Shown here: one piece after another, positions 42,194 to 50,477 of the stretch | How the letters are laid out: each line of letters starts with the position of its first letter | How positions within the stretch are numbered: the stretch's first letter is position 1 | IMG/VR virus record: IMGVR_UViG_3300010342_000399 | Direction: 5' to 3' (one strand) | DNA: 64,000 nucleotides | DNA from: an uncultured virus (IMG/VR IMGVR_UViG_3300010342_000399) | Taxonomy: Duplodnaviria; Heunggongvirae; Uroviricota; Caudoviricetes | Notes under the pieces: generated by a model | Seen by the model: the letters and a program-made list of their open reading frames with translations, nothing else | What the model was told of the DNA's origin: nothing | The model's database searches: none | Position numbers and translations under genes: made by a program

Positions 42194-42550
42194 TTATTCT
42201 ACAATATGACCAATTTGTTCTCGAATATGTTTATTATAATTTTCTGTTTTACGAACAGTACCTCTGGTTGCTGGGTGATAGATAAATTCATGCTCGATTT
42301 GATGCTTTTTAAGCACTTTTTTAACCGTTCTTCCGTTCTTCTCATTGCTATAACAGTTCCATCAAAAGATTTAATGTCGCAAATATCGTCTTCAAATACG
42401 TTTAAGAAGGCACAATCATTCCAACATATTCCAATTTCTTTTAATGGCTTTGTATAGAGGTGCGGCTGCGAGACGTTTATCTTTCCAAGTAACGTTCATT
42501 TTTTTTGCAAGTTCACTACGCTGTTCACCGACAAATAGATATTTTTTCAT
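42194..42550 (-). pseudogene. Frameshifted uracil-DNA-glycosylase-like gene inside the tRNA array
   Basis: MKKYLFVGE.., FLNVF..VIAM and IYHPA.RG found in different frames. Confidence 0.5.
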
Positions 42551-42725
42551 ATATTACGAAATTTAATGGATTTTAATTTTGATTTAACCACAACAAATTT
42601 TATTAAATCACATGCTTTTGTAAATTCTTCGGGTAAGACTTTTGGAAAATTCTTACTACATTTCATAATAAAATTTTAAAATAAAAACAAAGATAATAAG
42701 AATAATTTATTATGCAAATATTTTG

Positions 42726-42798
42726 CGCCCCAGACAGGACTTGAACCTGTAACCAATAGATTAACAGTCTACTGCGCTAACCATTACGCTACTGAGGC
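42726..42798 (-). tRNA. tRNA-Asn(GTT)
   Basis: gtaga-ctGTTaa-tctat; G73. Confidence 0.9.
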
Positions 42799-42804
42799 GT
42801 GAAG

Positions 42805-42877
42805 TAGTGGTAGAGGGATTTGAACCCCCAATCTTTTGGATATAAGCCAACTGCGTTCACCGTTACGCCATACCACT
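42805..42877 (-). tRNA. tRNA-Ile(TAT)
   Basis: ttgg-ctTATat-ccaa; agtggta/taccact. Confidence 0.82.
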
Positions 42878-42889
42878 ATTAATATTTAG

Positions 42890-42961
42890 AGCAGGTAGCG
42901 AGAATCGAACTCGCATCCTCAGCTTGGAAGGCTGACGCACTAACCATTGTGCTATACTTGC
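42890..42961 (-). tRNA. tRNA-Gly(TCC)
   Basis: tcagc-ctTCCaa-gctga; U73. Confidence 0.9.
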
Positions 42962-43007
42962 AAAACGCACTTCCTTTCTTCGTTTAGTGCTAACCGTAGG
43001 TGGGGTG

Positions 43008-43079
43008 TGGAACGAGCAGGATTTGAACCTGCGACCAACAGATTTTCAGTCTGTCACTCTACCACTGAGTTACCCTTTG
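43008..43079 (-). tRNA. tRNA-Phe(GAA), probably pseudo
   Basis: D, anticodon and T arms intact; acceptor caaaggg/tcgttcc largely unpaired. Confidence 0.6.
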
Positions 43080-43153
43080 TTGTCCTGAGTGGATTTGAAC
43101 CACCGACTCCTACATTATCAGTGTAGTACTCTAACCGACTGAGTTACAGGACA
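43080..43153 (-). tRNA. tRNA-Ile(GAT)
   Basis: ctaca-ctGATaa-tgtag; tgtcctg/caggaca. Confidence 0.92.
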
Positions 43154-43158
43154 ATGAG

Positions 43159-43230
43159 AGAAGGCGACAGGATTCGAACCTGCATAAGATGGGTTGCAGC
43201 CACCTACCTAAGCCATTCAGACACGCCTTC
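43159..43230 (-). tRNA. tRNA-Cys(GCA)
   Basis: ggtgg-ctGCAac-ccatc; U73. Confidence 0.9.
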
Positions 43231-43382
43231 ATATGTAAACATTTGGTCAATCCATAGATTGTGCAGTAATCACCACGTGCAGGTAGTTTATCTTGATTAC
43301 CATCCAGCATGTCAAAGAACCCAATTATCGTATTGTAAGCCGATAATTATTATTTATCGGTTGTTAAGCCGATAAGATTTTG

Positions 43383-43453
43383 AGCCAAGTACAAGAATTG
43401 AACTTGTATTTTCTGAATACCACACAGAGGTTTTACCGTTAAACTAACTTGAC
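43383..43453 (-). tRNA. Atypical tRNA, most likely Thr(GGT)
   Basis: gtcaagt/acttggc; tctgt-gtGGTat-tcaga with a U-U closing pair. Confidence 0.6.
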
Positions 43454-43477
43454 GTATGTAAAGAACGTTTTTAAAAC

Positions 43478-43562
43478 AAAAAACTCGAAACTTTGTGGAT
43501 TTCGGGTTCTTGATTTTATTTCAGTTTATTTTATTCCTATTCCATAATAAAACCTGAACCCA
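43478..43562 (-). promoter_or_regulatory. Transcription attenuator (terminator/antiterminator) ahead of the tRNA array
   Basis: Terminator aacccgaaa..tttcgagtt+U-run; alternative pairing gggttcaggttttatt with aataaaatcaagaaccc. Confidence 0.7.
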
Positions 43563-43665
43563 TATCCGTGATATTATTTCTGCCGAAATTAATACATGAT
43601 GTACCTTCTCCATTGCGACTGGTGGTCGAGTGTGATGAAGCTACTATGTAAGATATTCGTTTCAT
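43531..43665 (-). CDS. 42-aa leader peptide ending GAA-TAG-GAA-TAA
   Basis: MKRISYIVASSHSTTSRNGEGTSCINFGRNNITDMGSGFIME*E*, overlapping the antiterminator. Confidence 0.6.
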
Positions 43666-43987
43666 TGATTCAAATGTTTTATTATTATACATTCATTTTA
43701 CTTAAATACGATGCTAATATATAAAATATTACATCATAAACAAAAAAAAAATACAAAAAATTATAAAATATTTTTTATATTTCATGTAATTTAATGATTC
43801 ACAATGCGTTTGCCATTATTCATAATTACGACACCACTATTAGATATTGATTTTTTTATTTGTGGGGGTGTTTCAAGAAAATCGAATGGACCCACACCTA
43901 CGGAGATGAGTGGATTTTACGCTCGTTTCATATAAAATTTTGACAAATATAACAAAAAAAATATAATAACAAAAAAATTATTTTATT

Positions 43988-44803
43988 TTAGTGTAAATAT
44001 GAAAAAGGAGTATAATTGTAATATAGATATTCTGTTTTAATTTTGGGAGTAAAATTACCACTTATTGTTTTAACATCAAAACTTGATTTGGTGAAACCAT
44101 TATCAATTAATTTATCATATAATTCACAATGATAACCACTTATTAATATTTTTGCTTTAGTTTTTATTGCTGCATTTAAAAAATCTATATGTCCATTTCT
44201 GTCCATATCAATATTATATCGAGTAGATGTTCTCGTTGACTGCTCATATGGTGGATCGCAATATAAAAATACGTTAGATGTATTATATTTTTTAATTAAA
44301 TTAATTCCATCAGTATTTGTAACAATAACTCTAGATAATCTATTATGAAGTTCTTGTAATCGATCAATAGATGAAAGAAAATCTGAAATAGATTTACTCA
44401 TACTTCTTCTAATATACATATTTTTGGAAAATCCACCAATGCCATTATGCGATGTTCTATTTACATAAAAAAAATAAAACGCCCTTTCAATAATCGAAAT
44501 ATCCGATTTCTTTAAATTTTCTTTAAATTCGGACCGTAAATCTTCAGAATATAAAGCTATATCACATTTTTCTTTAAAAACTTTAAACATGTCAGGATCA
44601 GATAAAACTTTATATAAAGAATATACATTTTTATCTAGATCATTATATATTTCAATTTCAGTTGGTTCTTTCATTAATCCCACACTAAACGATCCTGCAA
44701 ATGGTTCAATATAAACATTATAACTTTCGCGAGATGGAAAATAATAAATTATATTATTAAACATTGTTCCTTTACCACCAAAATATTTAATAGGAGCTTT
44801 CAT
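43988..44803 (-). CDS. DNA adenine methyltransferase (D12/Dam family)
   Basis: YFGGKG, EPFAGS, NDLD, YCDPPY. Confidence 0.93.
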   Translation of the reverse strand: MKAPIKYFGGKGTMFNNIIYYFPSRESYNVYIEPFAGSFSVGLMKEPTEIEIYNDLDKNVYSLYKVLSDPDMFKVFKEKCDIALYSEDLRSEFKENLKKSDISIIERAFYFFYVNRTSHNGIGGFSKNMYIRRSMSKSISDFLSSIDRLQELHNRLSRVIVTNTDGINLIKKYNTSNVFLYCDPPYEQSTRTSTRYNIDMDRNGHIDFLNAAIKTKAKILISGYHCELYDKLIDNGFTKSSFDVKTISGNFTPKIKTEYLYYNYTPFSYLH

Positions 44804-45024
44804 TAAATTAAATTATTTTCTATGATTTTATTCATCGCCATTTTTGGTGAAATTTTTCTACTACACTCAAAATTTTTATTTTCTGGGCAAAACGAATTAT
44901 GATAGCAAACTAATTTATCAGCATGTGCTTTTGAATTAAAACAACCAGTACACACATCATAATTTTTTACTCTTATACAATCTTCTTGAAATTCATACCA
45001 ATCTTCTGTAAATCCATTAATCAT
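44803..45024 (-). pseudogene. C-terminal fragment of a TibC/AAH-like heptosyltransferase
   Basis: INGFT..VCTGCFN..CPENKNFECSRKI parallels the end of 47077-49818. Confidence 0.7.
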
Positions 45025-45111
45025 TACTGTTTTTTTCCTATTTATATCATCACCTAAAATTTCAAGAGATGCTCCATCATTATAATCAGTTATAAATTTA
45101 GTTTCTTTTAT

Positions 45112-45363
45112 TTATACATCAGACTGATTTGGTATATTAGTTTCTTTATTAAAATTATCTACACAATATTTAACAACATTTAAACATTTATACAAACAAT
45201 ATGCTTCATTTAAATTAAATAACCCATTTTTCATTCCATATTCAATGGATCCTTCAATTATTTTTATTGCATTTATATAATCTATATTTTCGATAAAGTT
45301 ATTTAGTTTCTCTTGACTTTCAAACTCTATCATTCCGCCAAGTATTTGATTTTTCATAAACAA
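45112..45363 (-). CDS. Hypothetical protein
   Basis: 83-aa ORF with a promoter motif upstream. Confidence 0.6.
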   Translation of the reverse strand: MFMKNQILGGMIEFESQEKLNNFIENIDYINAIKIIEGSIEYGMKNGLFNLNEAYCLYKCLNVVKYCVDNFNKETNIPNQSDV

Positions 45364-45406
45364 AATATATGAAATTTTATTAAAATTTCCAAATATTTAT
45401 GATATT

Positions 45407-45781
45407 ATGTATGTTATTATTAATAATCAAAAGTTTCCTGCAGAATATCTATCAACACCAGAAGAATTATCACGCGGAATGATGGGTAGAGATAAATTAG
45501 ATGGTTGCATGGTATTTAAAATAAATAAAGGATATCATAGCTTTTGGATGAAAAATACATTAATTCCTTTAGATATTATATTTGTTTTAAATAATCGAAT
45601 TAATCGTATTCATCATAATTGCCCAGTACCAGAACCAGAAATGCAAGAATTACCTAGATATAGCGGTTTAGGAGATCATGTTATCGAATTTCCTGCCGGT
45701 ACGGCATTAAATTGGAAAATCGGAGATAAAGTTTATTTTGGATCACCATTAAATCCTGTAAATAATTCAATGAATTTTTAA
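45407..45781 (+). CDS. DUF192-family protein
   Basis: RGMMGR..M.F..FWMKNTLIPLDIIF..VIE. Confidence 0.9.
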   Translation: MYVIINNQKFPAEYLSTPEELSRGMMGRDKLDGCMVFKINKGYHSFWMKNTLIPLDIIFVLNNRINRIHHNCPVPEPEMQELPRYSGLGDHVIEFPAGTALNWKIGDKVYFGSPLNPVNNSMNF

Positions 45782-46021
45782 TTTTCTAATTGTTTTGTTT
45801 AATACTTCTTTTGATGGAAATGGTTTATCCATCTTTTTTTGAGTATCAATAATTTCTTTTTTTGTTTTAATATAACTTAAATTATCTAATGACTTTTTTC
45901 TTTCGCAATCTTTACAGTTAGATTCATAAACAAATTTTTCACCACTTTTAAGATTAAAATCAGAAAGTGGTTTTCTAATCCCACACATTACACAAACTTT
46001 TGTATTTATTACCGATTCCAT
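45767..46021 (-). CDS. Small zinc-finger protein
   Basis: CVMCG..KPLSDF..CKDC. Confidence 0.6.
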   Translation of the reverse strand: MESVINTKVCVMCGIRKPLSDFNLKSGEKFVYESNCKDCERKKSLDNLSYIKTKKEIIDTQKKMDKPFPSKEVLNKTIRKLKIH

Positions 46022-46107
46022 TAATTATAAATACAATTGATTCATGAATTTCACCTTTTTTGTTTTTAATAAAAATATCATCAACACTCTTCCTATAATA
46101 CATATTT

Positions 46108-46752
46108 TTAAAACAAATATTTTACTTTTGGACTTACTTTTTCAAATACCCAAAAATAAGAATGATATTTTCTAGCATGTTCTTGTTTCGTCCATTTTGT
46201 GCCAAAACTATTTAATCTCATTTTAGCCAATAAAATAAAAAGATCTCGCGGATAAAAACCTATCTGTAATGCCATATTCATTACCATAACATGAGTAAAA
46301 TGATTTTTTCCCCCAGATACGGTATCTTGACATTTCATAATAACAAATCCATTATCTTTACAAACACGATATAATTCTGTTAATGTATTAAAGTAATTTT
46401 CGGTCAATTTTTTATATGATTCATATCCTTCAAATCTTTTTGCAATCTTTGAACTACCATCCCTATTTTCTTTATAGGTTTTTCCTGCAATTACAAATGG
46501 GGGGTCATACATTATACTACCAATACTATTATCATCAAATGGTAAATTTTCAGAATTAGCTAAAATTATATCATTATTAATAGGATATAAATCAGATTTT
46601 ATTTTAGGTTCAGGTAAATTTTTCCAAAACGCTCCTTTAGAATAAGTACAATCTAAATCAAATTGTTCAATTTGATAAAGTTCCATAATATTTTTAATAA
46701 CTTCATAATTTGAATTATATACACTTTTTATCACATTAATTTCTTTTTCCAT
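46108..46752 (-). CDS. Phage DNA (amino) methyltransferase-like protein
   Basis: DCTYSKGAFW, YDPPF, KCQD, HARK.HSYF. Confidence 0.85.
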   Translation of the reverse strand: MEKEINVIKSVYNSNYEVIKNIMELYQIEQFDLDCTYSKGAFWKNLPEPKIKSDLYPINNDIILANSENLPFDDNSIGSIMYDPPFVIAGKTYKENRDGSSKIAKRFEGYESYKKLTENYFNTLTELYRVCKDNGFVIMKCQDTVSGGKNHFTHVMVMNMALQIGFYPRDLFILLAKMRLNSFGTKWTKQEHARKYHSYFWVFEKVSPKVKYLF

Positions 46753-46862
46753 TAACTTTACTTTTAATATTTTTTTAATTAATTTTGTGCAAATATATAA
46801 TAAAAAAAATATTTACCAAACTATTTATAAAAAAATAAATTAAAAAAGATTATAACATTAAG

Positions 46863-47099
46863 ATGGGATGTGGATGTAAAAAAAAGAGAATAGTATCAAA
46901 TGGGCAAATACCATTGGACCAGCCAGTTCCGCCACTAAAGCCTCAGCCAACCACTGCATCAATGGCGAAAAGTAGATTTATTATAAGAGAAAATCTATCA
47001 CATGCTCCATTTCCACTACGTAAGCCACAACCACCAAAAAATGATGCGGATATTTTAATGGAAAAGTTTAAAACATTTACTCCTTTAAAACCAACTTGA
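46863..47099 (+). CDS. Small protein with an MGCGCKK N-terminus
   Basis: ORF after TATTTATA. Confidence 0.6.
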   Translation: MGCGCKKKRIVSNGQIPLDQPVPPLKPQPTTASMAKSRFIIRENLSHAPFPLRKPQPPKNDADILMEKFKTFTPLKPT

Positions 47100-49818
47100 T
47101 TTCATTTATAACTTGTTCAGATGTAATTGATTTACTGCATTCAAATTGCCGTTCAGTATTTTTATGCACTGGACACCAATTCCAGTCGCCAGGATCAAAA
47201 ACATAATTACTCCAACATCCATGGCACACATCTTCATTTATAATTCTTCTAATATTATTTAATGGTTCACAATTTCTATTTGTAAATCCTGATATCAATA
47301 TTGTTTCAGTACCTGATGCCCAAGCTAACCAAGATAACCCACCACTAATACCAATGAATAATTCGGATTCTTGAATATGTTTCAATGCATCTTCTATTTT
47401 TGGTGTGGGTGAAAATGTAAGACCATCAATATAAAAGTTATTACCCATATATTCATACCCCTCGGTTGATAATAATCTAACTTCATAATTTCTTTCTTTT
47501 AAATAATTAATAACATCTTTCCATCCTGTAGGATTGTTCCAATATTTACATTGAGCGGTTCCATGAACGCCAATTGATACCATCTTTTTTTTATCAACCG
47601 ATAAAATTGGTAATCTTGGTTTTAATTCAATATAATCTAATCCTAATATATCTGACGCAACTTTCATTAATGGTTCCTTTTTAGGATCAATAAAATGTTT
47701 TGTATTATCCCATTTATTATTATTTATGAATATCCCAAGTCTAAAAAGTGCATATATACCATATGTTATTTTACCTGGTTCAATAAATTCAATATTAGGA
47801 TATTGTTCTTTAAATAAATTATTATAGAATGTTGAACATACAATATTGCATTTTCTTTCTTGTTGAAATTTTTCTACATATGGTATCCAAGCTAGTGTAT
47901 CTCCAAGAGATTTTGATTCAAAACTTATTAAAACTTTTTTACCTTCAGGATTGAATATATATTCATTATAATAATCATTATCAATTCCACTCACTTTTAT
48001 AATCCAATCAACACAATATTTTTTCGTACATCTTGCCCAATTATTATTTTCCATATTCAATTGATATTCAATTGTATTATTTTTACTATTAATAAATTGA
48101 ATATTATATGTTTTTTTCGTGTCTTCTAAAATCTCTATAAATGGACCATCTACAAAATTAATATTTACTTGTTTAGGTATATGATCCATTTTTATTTTTT
48201 TAATTTCTTTATTTGTTAATTTATTTAATTTTCTAAATTCATTTATATGATCACCTAGAAATTCTTTAAAAACTTCCTTTCCCTCACAATAAATCTTAAC
48301 ATAATATCCTTTTTGGTATTTACCAATATTATGAATACTCATTGTACCTTTACCTAAATGATGAAATTTTTTATAATTTCTATAATTTACTTCGACCAAA
48401 TAATCGCGATCAGCCGGTATTCTATAATATCCTGAAATCATATGCACATATAAATTATCAAGATCATCAACTGCTAGATATACCTGGAAATATGGCCCAT
48501 TTAGATGCATTCCTTCTCTATTCCATACAGCTTGAGTATTAAGCTGTTTATCATTATCTATATAATCAGTTATATATATATCATTTGTTACTTTTCTTAA
48601 TTGTTCTAAAAAAACTATTTCTAGTTGCCAACCTTTAGGTTTATTACAAAAAAATTCTTCTTTACTTTTTATTTGATCAATAACCTCTATAGCTATTTCG
48701 GTTTTTATTGAAAAAATATATGTTGCACAATAATTTCCTAAATGTGTATTAATGGTAGATTCTTTATGATATTCATAAATTACTGCGTCATGGTATGGTA
48801 TTTTTTCCATAAAAGCTTGTCGATATTGTATAGCATCGGGAATGTTATCATATTCCATAAAATGTATTATATTTTTTCCCAGATATTTACAAAAATTAAA
48901 AGCATTTCTCATTGACACCCATATTGCATAATCATGATGAAACATATTTTTATTATCAATTCGTGTTTCATCCATTACTGACCATCGTCCACTATTCACC
49001 TCATATTTATTAAATTCGGTATAATGTAATATTGGATTATTTTTATCAAATATATAATAGTCAACCATTTTCTGAATTTCAGGCTTTAATGGATAATGAC
49101 TACTTATTAAAATTGGTACATTAAATATTTTTAATATTTTTATTTGTGAAATTAAATCATTTTCTTTAGACTCATTATCGGGCCAACAATCTATTACAAA
49201 TATGTGACCATCAAAACGTTCTTTTGAAAATTCTGGCACAATTGAATTTATTATATATTTTCCACCACCTTTTATGCCATAAAAATATAAGTCAATAGGA
49301 ACGCCATTTTCAAATCGATATTGAAACTCTCCATCAGGAAATGCATTATCAAAATTTACAATCTTTCGAATATCAGACTCTGTAAGATTTTTATAATAAT
49401 CAGACCATTCTTCAGATATTTGTATAAGTAATGGTGCATCAATGGGACTAGTTCTTCGTGTTCCATGTTCTGGCCTTCCTGTTGAAGCGCATGTGAATAA
49501 AAATAACCCACCGGGCTTTAACATTTTTATAATATTCATAATTGTTTTTTCATAAAACATATCGTGTTCAAAAGCCTCACATGATACGATTATATCAAAA
49601 TAGTCGTCAGGGGCATCATATAAATGTCCACTTCCGACAACATCAACATTTTTTCCTTCACCAACATCAAGTCCTATATATATACAATCATCAAAAAGAT
49701 CGCGAATGCTACCATTGATATCTAATGATCCAATATCAAGGACTTTTTTATTTTTAAAATAATGTGGATATTTTTCTTTTACTTTAAGACAAAAATCTCT
49801 TTGCTCTTTATGTGCCAT
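47077..49818 (-). CDS. SAM methyltransferase fused to a TibC/AAH-type (autotransporter) heptosyltransferase
   Basis: N-term VLDIGS.DINGS; C-term SKSLGDTLAW, KYWNN..GW, FIG.S.GLSWLAW, ISGFT, CHGCW..CP.H..RQFEC. Confidence 0.85.
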   Translation of the reverse strand: MAHKEQRDFCLKVKEKYPHYFKNKKVLDIGSLDINGSIRDLFDDCIYIGLDVGEGKNVDVVGSGHLYDAPDDYFDIIVSCEAFEHDMFYEKTIMNIIKMLKPGGLFLFTCASTGRPEHGTRRTSPIDAPLLIQISEEWSDYYKNLTESDIRKIVNFDNAFPDGEFQYRFENGVPIDLYFYGIKGGGKYIINSIVPEFSKERFDGHIFVIDCWPDNESKENDLISQIKILKIFNVPILISSHYPLKPEIQKMVDYYIFDKNNPILHYTEFNKYEVNSGRWSVMDETRIDNKNMFHHDYAIWVSMRNAFNFCKYLGKNIIHFMEYDNIPDAIQYRQAFMEKIPYHDAVIYEYHKESTINTHLGNYCATYIFSIKTEIAIEVIDQIKSKEEFFCNKPKGWQLEIVFLEQLRKVTNDIYITDYIDNDKQLNTQAVWNREGMHLNGPYFQVYLAVDDLDNLYVHMISGYYRIPADRDYLVEVNYRNYKKFHHLGKGTMSIHNIGKYQKGYYVKIYCEGKEVFKEFLGDHINEFRKLNKLTNKEIKKIKMDHIPKQVNINFVDGPFIEILEDTKKTYNIQFINSKNNTIEYQLNMENNNWARCTKKYCVDWIIKVSGIDNDYYNEYIFNPEGKKVLISFESKSLGDTLAWIPYVEKFQQERKCNIVCSTFYNNLFKEQYPNIEFIEPGKITYGIYALFRLGIFINNNKWDNTKHFIDPKKEPLMKVASDILGLDYIELKPRLPILSVDKKKMVSIGVHGTAQCKYWNNPTGWKDVINYLKERNYEVRLLSTEGYEYMGNNFYIDGLTFSPTPKIEDALKHIQESELFIGISGGLSWLAWASGTETILISGFTNRNCEPLNNIRRIINEDVCHGCWSNYVFDPGDWNWCPVHKNTERQFECSKSITSEQVINEIKLVLKE

Positions 49819-50477
49819 TATCTTTTAGTTATAATAATTATACCGTTTAAAAAATTTATAGATTCAATATCTACTCTACAATATGGCTGTACTTTCTCAG
49901 AAAGCGGAATTAGAACAGATTCTTTTCTATATGTATCGCCAAGATGTGTTCTTAAACCTCTAAAATTTACATCATCAACTAATCTTTTAAAATATTCTAT
50001 AGTTGAATCACTTTTTAAATATCCACCACCGAAATCCTCCCAATATGATGTCGCACAATCTTCAACAATATATACTCCACCAGATTTAATTGATTCAAAT
50101 AAATGTACAAATGAAAATATTACATCACTACTACGATGTGTTCCATCATCTAGTATCATATCAAATAATCCGTGTTTTTCAGATACTTGTTTTAAAAATT
50201 CAAAATCATTTTGAGATCCAATTTCAATGGATATCCGATCATCTTCGTATTGTTTGCATTCTGGTAAAATATCAATACCAACTATTTGTGAACGATAATA
50301 ATAATCTTTCCACATTTTTAAAGATTTGGCGTGTAAAACACCAATTTCTAATATCTTTAAATCATCATATCTGTTAAATGGAAGATATTTCTCGTATTTA
50401 ACGCAATAATTATGGCAATTTGATGATTTATTTGTTCCATTTAATTTTCCTAAAATATCTAATGTGCTCATCTCCAA
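49818..50477 (-). CDS. Class I SAM-dependent (sugar O-)methyltransferase
   Basis: ILEIGV..SL.MW, GIDI, ILDDGTH, GGVYIVED. Confidence 0.88.
   Translation of the reverse strand: MEMSTLDILGKLNGTNKSSNCHNYCVKYEKYLPFNRYDDLKILEIGVLHAKSLKMWKDYYYRSQIVGIDILPECKQYEDDRISIEIGSQNDFEFLKQVSEKHGLFDMILDDGTHRSSDVIFSFVHLFESIKSGGVYIVEDCATSYWEDFGGGYLKSDSTIEYFKRLVDDVNFRGLRTHLGDTYRKESVLIPLSEKVQPYCRVDIESINFLNGIIIITKR

Noticed and set aside
42085..43375. Plus-strand ORFs 42085-42285, 42158-42457 and 43154-43375
   Set aside because: Antisense to tRNA genes or to the pseudogene.
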